From Tubulanus polymorphus (lineage: Eukaryota > Animalia > Nemertea): a stretch of DNA of 64,000 nucleotides. Positions within the stretch are counted from its first letter, which is position 1, and each line of letters begins with the position of its first letter. Positions 53,301 to 64,000 of this stretch are shown here, piece by piece. The stretch is taken from positions 31,999,561-32,063,560 of the forward strand of contig NC_134025.1 in the NCBI RefSeq assembly GCF_964204645.1, given 5' to 3'. The notes under the pieces were generated by a model, which saw only the letters and a list, made by a program, of their open reading frames with translations, had not been told where the DNA came from and did no database searches. A program made the position numbers and the translations under genes.

Positions 53301-56300
53301 TGGACTCGATCTGAAATGATAGGTTAAGGTAAACTGAACTGATTTCGAGTAGATGGACTGAAAGATACAGATTTTTCTTGCAAAATAGGGTCCTAAAGAT
53401 GATGAATTCTATCTTAATTGATGGGTTAGGGTGTACTGAACTGATTTCAAATAGATAGGTTGAAAGAATCAGAATTTTCTGGCTGCTTTTGGTTCTGAAG
53501 ATGATGGATTCAATCTGAAAAGATGTGTTAAGGCGTATTGAACTGATTTCAAATAGATAGGTGGAAAGATTAAGAATTTTCTGGCTATTTATGCTCCTGA
53601 AGATGATGGACTCGATCTGAAATGATAGGTTAAGGTAAACTGAACTGATTTCGAGCAGATGGACTGAAAGATACAGATTTTTTTTGCAAAATAGGGTCCT
53701 AAAGATGATGAATTCTATCTTAATTGATGGGTTAGGGTGAACTGAACTGATTTCAAATAGATAGGTGGAAAGAATCAGAATTTTCTGGCTGCCTTTGGTT
53801 CTGAAGATGATGGACTCAATCTGAAAAGATGGGCTAAGGCGTATTGAACTGATTTCAAATAGATAGGTGGAAAGATTAAGAATTTTCTGGCTATTTATGC
53901 TCCTGAAGATGATGGACTCGATCTGAAATGATAGGTTAAGGTAAACTGAACTGATTTCGAGTAGATGGACTGAAAGATACAAATTTTTCTTGCAAAATAG
54001 GGATCTAAAGATGATGAATTCTATCTTAATTAATGGGTTAGGGTGTACTGAACTGATTTCAAATAGATAGGTTTAAAGAATCAGAATTTTCTTGCTGCTT
54101 TTGGTTCTGAAGATGATGGATTCAATCTGAAAAGATGTGTTGAGGCGTATTGAACTGATTTCAAATAGATAGGTGGAAAGATTAAGAATTTTCTGGCTAT
54201 TTGTGCTCCTGAAGATGATGGACTCGATCTGAAATGATAGGTTAAGGTAGACTGAACTAATTCTGAATAGATGGACTGAAAGATACAGATTTTTCTTGCA
54301 AAATAGGGTCCTAAAGATGATGAGTTCTATCTTAATTGATGGGTTAGGGTGTACTGAACTGATTTCAAATAGATAGGTTGAAAGAATCAGAATTTTCTGG
54401 CTGCTTTTGGTTCTGAAGATGATGGATTCAATCTGAAAAGATGTGTTAAGGCGTATTGAACTGATTTCAAATAGATAGGTGGAAAGATTAAGAATTTTCT
54501 GGCTATTTATGCTCCTGAAGATGATGGACTCGATCTGAAATGATAGGTTAAGGTAAACTGAACTGATTTCGAGCAGATGGACTGAAAGATACAGATTTTT
54601 TTTGCAAAATAGGGTCCTAAAGATGATGAATTCTATCTTAATTGATGGGTTAGGGTGAACTGAACTGATTTCAAATAGATAGGTGGAAAGAATCAGAATT
54701 TTCTGGCTGCCTTTGGTTCTGAAGATGATGGACTCAATCTGAAAAGATGGGCTAAGGCGTATTGAACTGATTTCAAATAGATAGGTGGAAAGATTAAGAA
54801 TTTTCTGGCTATTTATGCTCCTGAAGATGATGGACTCGATCTGAAATGATAGGTTAAGGTAAACTGAACTGATTTCGAGTAGATGGACTGAAAGATACAA
54901 ATTTTTCTTGCAAAATAGGGATCTAAAGATGATGAATTCTATCTTAATTAATGGGTTAGGGTGTACTGAACTGATTTCAAATAGATAGGTTTAAAGAATC
55001 AGAATTTTCTTGCTGCTTTTGGTTCTGAAGATGATGGATTCAATCTGAAAAGATGTGTTGAGGCGTATTGAACTGATTTCAAATAGATAGGTGGAAAGAT
55101 TAAGAATTTTCTGGCTATTTGTGCTCCTGAAGATGATGGACTCGATCTGAAATGATAGGTTAAGGTAGACTGAACTAATTCTGAATAGATGGACTGAAAG
55201 ATACAGATTTTTCTTGCAAAATAGGGTCCTAAAGATGATGAGTTCTATCTTAATTGATGGGTTAGGGTGTACTGAACTGATTTCAAATAGATAGGTGGAA
55301 AGATTAAGAATTTTCTGGCTATTTATGCTCCTGAAGATGATGGACTCGATCTGAAATGATAGGTTAAGGTAAACTGAATTGATTTCGAGTAGATGGACTG
55401 AAAGATACAGATTTTTCTTGCAAAATAGGGTCCTAAAGATGATGAATTCTATCTTAATTGATGGGTTAGGGTGTACTGAACTGATTTCAAATAGATAGGT
55501 TGAAAGAATCAGAATTTTCTGGCTGCTTTTGGTTCTGAAGATGATGGACTCAATCTGAAAAGATGGGCTAAGGCGTATTGAACTGATTTCAAATAGATAG
55601 GTGTAAAGATTAAGAATTTTCTGGCTATTTATGCTCCTGAAGATGAAGGACTCGATCTGAAATGATAGGTTAAGGTAAACTGAACTGATTTCGAGTAGAT
55701 GGACTGAAAGATACAGATTTTTCTTGCAAAATAGGGTCCTAAAGATGATGAATTCTATCTTAATTGATGGGTTAGGGTGAACTGAACAGATTTCAAATAG
55801 ATAGGTGGAAAGAATCAGAATTTTCTGGCTGCCTTTGGTTCTGAAGATGATGGACTCAATCTGAAAAGATGTGTTAAGGCGTATTGAACTGATTTCAAAT
55901 AGATAGGTGGAAAGAATCAGAATTTTCTGGCTGCTTTTGGTTCTGAAGATGATGGATTCAATCTGAAAAGATGTGTTAAGGCGTATTGAACTGATTTCAA
56001 ATAGATAGGTGGAAAGATTAAGAATTTTCTGGCTATTTATGCTCCTGAAGATGATAAACTCGATCTGAAATGATAGGTTAAGGTAAACTGAATTGATTTC
56101 GAGTAGATGGACTGAAAGATACAGATTTTTCTTGCAAAATAGGGTCCTAAAGATGATGAATTCTATCTTAATTGATGGGTTAGGGTGTACTGAACTGATT
56201 TCAAATAGATAGGTTGAAAGAATCAGAATTTTCTGGCTGCTTTTGGTTCTGAAGATGATGGATTCAATCTGAAAAGATGTGTTAAGGCGTATTGAACTGA

Positions 56301-58632
56301 TTTCAAATAGATAGGTGGAAAGATTAAGAATTTTCTGGCTATTTATGCTCCTGAAGATGATTGACTCGATCTGAAATGATAGGTTAGGTAGACTGAACTG
56401 ATTTCGAGTAGATGGACTGAAAGATACAGATTTTTCTTGCAAAATAGGGTCCTAAAGATGATGAGTTCTATCTTAATTGATGGGTTAGGGTGTACTGAAC
56501 TGATTTCAAATAGATAGGTGGAAAGATTAAGAATTTTCTGGCTATTTATGCTCCTGAAGATGATGGACTCGATCTGAAATGATAGGTTAAGGTAAACTGA
56601 ACTGATTTCGAGCAGATGGATTGAAAGATACAGATTTTTCTTGCAAAATAGGGTCCTAAAGATGATGAATTCTATCTTAATTGATGGGTTAGGGTGTACT
56701 GAACTGATTTCAAATAGATAGGTTGAAAGAATCAGAATTTTCTGGCTGCCTTTGGTTCTCAAGATGATGGACTCAATCTGAAAAGATGGGCTAAGGCGTA
56801 TTGAACTGATTTCAAATAGATAGGTGGAAAGATTAAGAATTTTCTGGCTATTTATGCTCCTGAAGATGATGGACTCGATCTGAAATGATAGGTTAAGGTA
56901 AACTGAACTGATTTCGAGTAGATGGACTGAAAGATACAGATTTTTCTTGCAAAATAGGGTCCTAAAGATGATGAATTCTATCTTAATTGATGGGTTAGGG
57001 TGAACTGAACTGATTTCAAATAGATAGGTGGATAGAATCAGAATTTTCTGGCTGCCTTTGGTTCTGAAGATGATGGACTCAATCTGAAAAGATGGGCTAA
57101 GGCGAATTGAACTGATTTCAAATAGATAGGTGGAAAGATTAAGAATTTTCTGGCTATTTATGCTCCTGAAGATGATGGACTCGATCTGAAATGATAGGTT
57201 AAGGTAAACTGAACTGATTTCGAGTAGATGGACTGAAAGATACAGATTTTTCTTGCAAAATAGGGTCCTAAAGATGATGAATTCTATCTTAATTGATGGG
57301 TTAGGGTGTACTGAACTGATTTCAAATAGATAGGTTGAAAGAATCAGAATTTTCTGGCTGCTTTTGGTTCTGAAGATGATGGATTCAATCTGAAAAGATG
57401 CGTTAAGGCGTATTGAACTGATTTCAAATAGATAGGTGGAAAGATTAAGAATTTTCTGGCTATTTATGCTCCTGAAGATGATGGACTCGATCTGAAATGA
57501 TAGGTTAAGGTAAACTGAACTGATTTCGAGTAGATGGACTTAAAGATACAGATTTTTCTTGCAAAATAGGGTCCTAAAGATGATGAGTTCTATCTTAATT
57601 GATGGGTTAGGGTGTACTGAACTGATTTCAAATAGATAGGTTGAAAGATTAAGAATTTTCTGGCTATTTATGCTCCTGAAGATGATGGACTCGATCTGAA
57701 ATGATAGGTTAAGGTAAACTGAACTGATTTCGAGCAGATGGACTGAAAGATACAGATTTTTCTTGCAAAATAGGGTCCTAAAGATGATGAATTCTATCTT
57801 AATTGATGGGTTAGGGTGAACTGAACTGATTTCAAATAGATAGGTGGAAAGAATCAGAATTTTCTGGCTGCCTTTGGTTCTGAAGATGATGGACTCAATC
57901 TGAAAAGATGGGCTAAGGCGTATTGAACTGATTTCAAATAGATAGGTGTAAAGATTAAGAATTTTCTGGCTATTTATGCTCCTGAAGATGAAGGACTCGA
58001 TCTGAAATGATAGGTTAAGGTAAACTGAACTGATTTCGAGTAGATGGACTGAAAGATACAGATTTTTCTTGCAAAATAGGGTCCTAAAGATGATGAATTC
58101 TATCTTAATTGATGGGTTAGGGTGTACTGAACTGATTTCAAATAGATAGGTTGAAAGAATCAGAATTTTCTGGCTGCTTTTGGTTCTGAAGATGATGGAT
58201 TCAATCTGAAAAGATGGGCTAAGGCGAATTGAACTGATTTCAAATAGATAGGTGGAAAGATTAAGAATTTTCTGGCTATTTATGCTCCTGAAGATGATGG
58301 ACTCGATCTGAAATGATAGGTTAAGGTAAACTGAACTGATTTCGAGTAGATGGACTGAAAGATACAGATTTTTCTTGCAAAATAGGGTCCTAAAGATGAT
58401 GAATTCTATCTTAATTGATGGGTTAGGGTGTACTGAACTGATTTCAAATAGATAGGTTGAAAGAATCAGAATTTTCTGGCTGCTTTTGGTTCTGAAGATG
58501 ATGGATTCAATCTGAAAAGATGTGTTAAGGCGTATTGAACTGATTTCAAATAGATAGGTGGAAAGATTAAGAATTTTCTGGCTATTTATGCTCCTGAAGA
58601 TGATAAACTCGATCTGAAATGATAGGTTAAGG
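50388..58632 (+). repeat. Satellite block 7, + orientation
   Basis: Starts as a copy of 29507 onward (offset 20881, then 19963 after a 918-bp deletion; ORFs 32832/52795) and ends at gataggttaagg. Confidence 0.96.
53410..55290 (+). repeat. 918-bp (9-monomer) tandem duplication
   Basis: Rare variants gggatctaaag, aattaatggg, ggtttaaag, tgttgaggcg and atttgtgctc each occur twice, 918 bp apart (e.g. 54001 and 54919); mirrored in the inverted arm (ORFs 60242/61160). Confidence 0.9.
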
Positions 58633-58712
58633 GTTAGGGTTAGGGTTAGGGTTAGGGTTAGGGTTAGGGTTAGGGTTAGGGTTAGGGTTAGGGTTAGGGT
58701 TAGGGTTAGGGT
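58630..58712 (+). repeat. Interstitial telomeric tract, 13 perfect TTAGGG units (58634-58711), at the last inversion junction
   Basis: gataggttaAGGG(TTAGGG)13T ctgtatc; no variant repeats; G-strand on +. Confidence 0.99.
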
Positions 58713-61700
58713 CTGTATCTTTCAGTCCATCTACTCGAAATCAGTTCAGTCTACCTAACCTATCATTTCAGATCGAGTCAATCATCTTCAGGAGCATAAA
58801 TAGCCAGAAAATTCTTAATCTTTCCACCTATCTATTTGAAATCAGTTCAATACGCCTTAACACATCTTTTCAGATTGAATCCATCATCTTCAGAACCAAA
58901 AGCAGCCAGAAAATTCTGATTCTTTCAACCTATCTATTTGAAATCAGTTCAGTACACCCTAACCCATCAATTAAGATAGAATTCATCATCTTTAGGACCC
59001 TATTTTGCAAGAAAAATCTGTATCTTTCAGTCCATCTACTCGAAATCAATTCAGTTTACCTTAACCTATCATTTCAGATCGAGTTTATCATCTTCAGGAG
59101 CATAAATAGCCAGAAAATTCTTAATCTTTCCACCTATCTATTTGAAATCAGTTCAATACGCCTTAACACATCTTTTCAGATTGAATCCATCATCTTCAGA
59201 ACCAAAAGCAGCCAGAAAATTCTGATTCTTTCCACCTATCTATTTGAAATCAGTTCAATACGCCTTAACACATCTTTTCAGATTGAGTCCATCATCTTCA
59301 GAACCAAAGGCAGCCAGAAAATTCTGATTCTTTCCACCTATCTATTTGAAATCTGTTCAGTTCACCCTAACCCATCAATTAAGATAGAATTCATCATCTT
59401 TAGGACCCTATTTTGCAAGAAAAATCTGTATCTTTCAGTCCATCTACTCGAAATCAGTTCAGTTTACCTTAACCTATCATTTCAGATCGAGTCCTTCATC
59501 TTCAGGAGCATAAATAGCCAGAAAATTCTTAATCTTTACACCTATCTATTTGAAATCAGTTCAATACGCCTTAGCCCATCTTTTCAGATTGAGTCCATCA
59601 TCTTCAGAACCAAAAGCAGCCAGAAAATTCTGATTCTTTCAACCTATCTATTTGAAATCAGTTCAGTACACCCTAACCCATCAATTAAGATAGAATTCAT
59701 CATCTTTAGGACCCTATTTTGCAAGAAAAATCTGTATCTTTCAGTCCATCTACTCGAAATCAATTCAGTTTACCTTAACCTATCATTTCAGATCGAGTCC
59801 ATCATCTTCAGGAGCATAAATAGCCAGAAAATTCTTAATCTTTCCACCTATCTATTTGAAATCAGTTCAGTACACCCTAACCCATCAATTAAGATAGAAC
59901 TCATCATCTTTAGGACCCTATTTTGCAAGAAAAATCTGTATCTTTCAGTCCATCTATTCAGAATTAGTTCAGTCTACCTTAACCTATCATTTCAGATCGA
60001 GTCCATCATCTTCAGGAGCACAAATAGCCAGAAAATTCTTAATCTTTCCACCTATCTATTTGAAATCAGTTCAATACGCCTCAACACATCTTTTCAGATT
60101 GAATCCATCATCTTCAGAACCAAAAGCAGCAAGAAAATTCTGATTCTTTAAACCTATCTATTTGAAATCAGTTCAGTACACCCTAACCCATTAATTAAGA
60201 TAGAATTCATCATCTTTAGATCCCTATTTTGCAAGAAAAATTTGTATCTTTCAGTCCATCTACTCGAAATCAGTTCAGTTTACCTTAACCTATCATTTCA
60301 GATCGAGTCCATCATCTTCAGGAGCATAAATAGCCAGAAAATTCTTAATCTTTCCACCTATCTATTTGAAATCAGTTCAATACGCCTTAGCCCATCTTTT
60401 CAGATTGAGTCCATCATCTTCAGAACCAAAGGCAGCCAGAAAATTCTGATTCTTTCCACCTATCTATTTGAAATCAGTTCAGTTCACCCTAACCCATCAA
60501 TTAAGATAGAATTCATCATCTTTAGGACCCTATTTTGCAAAAAAAATCTGTATCTTTCAGTCCATCTGCTCGAAATCAGTTCAGTTTACCTTAACCTATC
60601 ATTTCAGATCGAGTCCATCATCTTCAGGAGCATAAATAGCCAGAAAATTCTTAATCTTTCCACCTATCTATTTGAAATCAGTTCAATACGCCTTAACACA
60701 TCTTTTCAGATTGAATCCATCATCTTCAGAACCAAAAGCAGCCAGAAAATTCTGATTCTTTCAACCTATCTATTTGAAATCAGTTCAGTACACCCTAACC
60801 CATCAATTAAGATAGAACTCATCATCTTTAGGACCCTATTTTGCAAGAAAAATCTGTATCTTTCAGTCCATCTATTCAGAATTAGTTCAGTCTACCTTAA
60901 CCTATCATTTCAGATCGAGTCCATCATCTTCAGGAGCACAAATAGCCAGAAAATTCTTAATCTTTCCACCTATCTATTTGAAATCAGTTCAATACGCCTC
61001 AACACATCTTTTCAGATTGAATCCATCATCTTCAGAACCAAAAGCAGCAAGAAAATTCTGATTCTTTAAACCTATCTATTTGAAATCAGTTCAGTACACC
61101 CTAACCCATTAATTAAGATAGAATTCATCATCTTTAGATCCCTATTTTGCAAGAAAAATTTGTATCTTTCAGTCCATCTACTCGAAATCAGTTCAGTTTA
61201 CCTTAACCTATCATTTCAGATCGAGTCCATCATCTTCAGGAGCATAAATAGCCAGAAAATTCTTAATCTTTCCACCTATCTATTTGAAATCAGTTCAATA
61301 CGCCTTAGCCCATCTTTTCAGATTGAGTCCATCATCTTCAGAACCAAAGGCAGCCAGAAAATTCTGATTCTTTCCACCTATCTATTTGAAATCAGTTCAG
61401 TTCACCCTAACCCATCAATTAAGATAGAATTCATCATCTTTAGGACCCTATTTTGCAAAAAAAATCTGTATCTTTCAGTCCATCTGCTCGAAATCAGTTC
61501 AGTTTACCTTAACCTATCATTTCAGATCGAGTCCATCATCTTCAGGAGCATAAATAGCCAGAAAATTCTTAATCTTTCCACCTATCTATTTGAAATCAGT
61601 TCAATACGCCTTAACACATCTTTTCAGATTGAATCCATCATCTTCAGAACCAAAAGCAGCCAGAAAATTCTGATTCTTTCAACCTATCTATTTGAAATCA

Positions 61701-64000
61701 GTTCAGTACACCCTAACCCATCAATTAAGATAGAATTCATCATCTTTAGGACCCTATTTTGCAAGAAAAATCTGTATCTTTCAGTCCATCTACTCGAAAT
61801 CAGTTCAGTTTACCTTAACCTATCATTTCAGATCGAGTCCATCATCTTCAGGAGCATAAATAGCCAGAAAATTCTTAATCTTTCCACCTATCTATTTGAA
61901 ATCAGTTCAGTACACCCTAACCCATCAATTAAGATAGAACTCATCATCTTTAGGACCCTATTTTGCAAGAAAAATCTGTATCTTTCTGTCCATCTACTCG
62001 AAATCAGTTCAGTTTACCTTAACCTATCATTTCAGATCGAGTCCATCATCTTCAGGAGCATAAATAGCCAGAAAATTCTTAATCTTTCCACCTATCTATT
62101 TGAAATCAGTTCAATTCGCCTTAGCCCATCTTTTCAGATTGAGTCCATCATCTTCAGAACCAAAGGCAGCCAGAAAATTCTGATTCTTTCCACCTATCTA
62201 TTTGAAATCAGTTCAGTTCACCCTAACCCATCAATTAAGATAGAATTCATCATCTTTAGGACCCTATTTTGCAAGAAAAATCTGTATCTTTCAGTCCATC
62301 TGCTCGAAATCAGTTCAGTTTACCTTAACCTATCATTTCAGACTTAGTCCATCATCTTCAGGAGCATAAATAGCCAGAAAATTCTTAATCTTTCCACCTA
62401 TCTATTTGAAATCAGTTCAATTCGCCTTAGCCCATCTTTTCAGATTGAGTCCATCATCTTCAGAACCAAAGGCAGCCAGAAAATTCTGATTCTATCCACC
62501 TATCTATTTGAAATCAGTTCAGTTCACCCTAACCCATCAATTAAGATAGAATTCATCATCTTTAGGACCCTATTTTGCAAGAAAAATCTGTATCTTTCAG
62601 TCCATCTACTCGAAATCAGTTCAGTTTACCTTAACCTATCATTTCAGATGAGTCCATCTTCTTCAGGAGCATACATAGCCAGAAAATTCTTAATCTTTCC
62701 ACCTATCTATTTGAAATCAGTTCAATACGCCTTAACACATCTTATCAGATTGAATCCATCATCTTCAGAACCAAAACCAGCCAGAAAATTCTAATTCTTT
62801 CAACCTATCTATTTGAAATCAGTTCAGTACACCCTAACCCATCAATTAAGATAGAACTCATCATCTTTAGGACCCTATTTTGCAAGAAAAATTTATATCT
62901 TTCAGTCCATCTACTCGAAATCAGTTCAGTTTACCTTAACCTATCATTTCAGATCGAGTCCATCATCTTCAGGAGCATAAATAGCCAGAAAATTCTTAAT
63001 CTTTCCACCTATCTATTTGAAATCAGTTCAATACGCCTTAGCCCATCTTTTCAGATTGAGTCCATCATCTTCAGAACCAAAGGCAGCCAGAAAATTCTGA
63101 TTCTTTCCACCTATCTATTTGAAATCAGTTCAGTTCACCCTTACCCATCAATTAAGATAGAATTCATCATCTTTAGGACCCTATTTTGCAAGAAAAATCT
63201 GTATCTTTCAGTCCATCTACTCGAAATCAGTTCAGTCTACCTAACCTATCATTTCAGAACGAGTCCATCATCTTCAGGAGCATAAATAGCCAGAAAATTC
63301 TTAATCTTTCCACCTATCTATTTGAAATCAGTTCAGTACACCCTAACCCATCAATTAAGATAGAACTCATCATCTTTAGGACCCTATTTTGCAAGAAAAA
63401 TCTGTATCTTTCAGTCCATCTACTCGAAATCAGTTCAGTTTACCTTAACCTATCATTTCAGATGAGTCCATCTTCTTCAGGAGCATACATAGCCAGAAAA
63501 TTCTTAATCTTTCCACCTATCTATTTGAAATCAGTTCAATACGCCTTAACACATCTTTTCAGATTGAATCCATCATCTTCAGAACCAAAAGCAGCCAGAA
63601 AATTCTGATTCTTTCAACCTATCTATTTGAAATCAGTTCAGTACACCCTAACCCATCAATTAAGATAGAATTCATCATCTTTAGGACCCTATTTTGCAAG
63701 AAAAATCTGTATCTTTCAGTCCATCTACTCGAAATCAGTTCAGTTTTCCATAACCTATCATTTCAGATCGAGTCCATCATCTTCAGGAGCATAAATAGCC
63801 AGAAAATTCTTAATCTTTCCACCTATCTATTTGAAATCAGTTCAGTACACCCTAACCCATCAATTAAGATAGAACTCATCATCTTTAGGACCCTATTTTG
63901 CAAGAAAAATCTGTATCTTTCAGTCCATCTATTCAGAATCAGTTCAGTCTACCTTAACCTATCATTTCAGATCGAGTCCATCATCTTCAGGAGCATAAAT
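58712..64000 (-). repeat. Satellite block 8, inverted copy of 51142-56430, continuing beyond the window
   Basis: Constant coordinate sum 115142 for the junction (58712/56430) and three ORF pairs (54073/61069, 52795/62347, 51534/63608); rare variants mirrored. Confidence 0.97.

Larger units (their letters stand above)
1..64000. repeat. Satellite DNA array: 102-bp monomers organised as a 306-bp ABC trimer, interrupted only by short junction inserts and a telomere tract
   Basis: Monomer starts (ct[g/a]aagatga) fall at 1, 102, 204, 306 and so on; the first A carries a 1-bp deletion. A=ctgaagatgatggactcgatctgaaatgataggttaaggtaaac..., B=ctaaagatgatgaattctatcttaattgatgggttagggtgtac..., C=ctgaagatgatggattcaatctgaaaagatgggctaaggcgtat.... 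All share tgaactgatttc. Hand alignment gives A/B 26, A/C 24 and B/C 18 mismatches per 102 bp. Confidence 0.99.

Noticed and set aside
58630-58712. True chromosome end, or head-to-head telomere-telomere fusion
   Set aside because: The tract is only 13 units, is flanked by satellite on both sides and has no opposing CCCTAA array. This holds only if the assembly is correct here.
600-63608. About 40 ORFs (88-644 aa) of 34-aa repeats as protein-coding genes
   Set aside because: They are translations of the satellite. Starts (mostly TTG) and ends are set by sporadic SNPs and indels, the strand flips with array orientation, and there is no unique N- or C-terminal domain.
1-64000. Assignment to a named satellite family, species or centromere (e.g. 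alpha satellite, CENP-B box)
   Set aside because: I do not recognise the monomer and saw no CENP-B box. TTAGGG is shared by vertebrates, many invertebrates, fungi, some protists and some plants. A database search is required.

Overview
The whole 64-kb window is one eukaryotic satellite-DNA array. I found no credible genes, RNA genes, transposons or CRISPR. The basic unit is a 102-bp monomer of about 37% GC in three types (A, B, C; 75-82% identical by hand alignment). These form a 306-bp ABC trimer, with 204-bp dimer and 408-bp tetramer variants and kb-scale higher-order repeats (periods 918, 1834/1835, 3159, 3374, 4689 and 4995 bp). All listed ORFs are by-products of one stop-free frame in a monomer whose length is a multiple of 3. 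The first 37.2 kb has a single orientation. The last 27 kb flips orientation seven times through four distinct fold-back junctions. Two junctions carry short, locally templated insertions (37208-37221; 45475-45481, copied at 48849-48855). One is a 1-nt microhomology join present three times (41719, 47013, 50387). The last contains a perfect (TTAGGG)13 telomere tract (58634-58711), added in the telomerase orientation onto a telomere-like satellite motif (GGTTAAGG) and fused to an inverted copy of the array that runs at least 5.3 kb to the window end. The best-supported reading is a record of breakage inside a satellite, de novo telomere healing, fusion (breakage-fusion-bridge-like) and later amplification of the junctions as new repeat units. 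Raw reads must be checked to exclude assembly artefacts.
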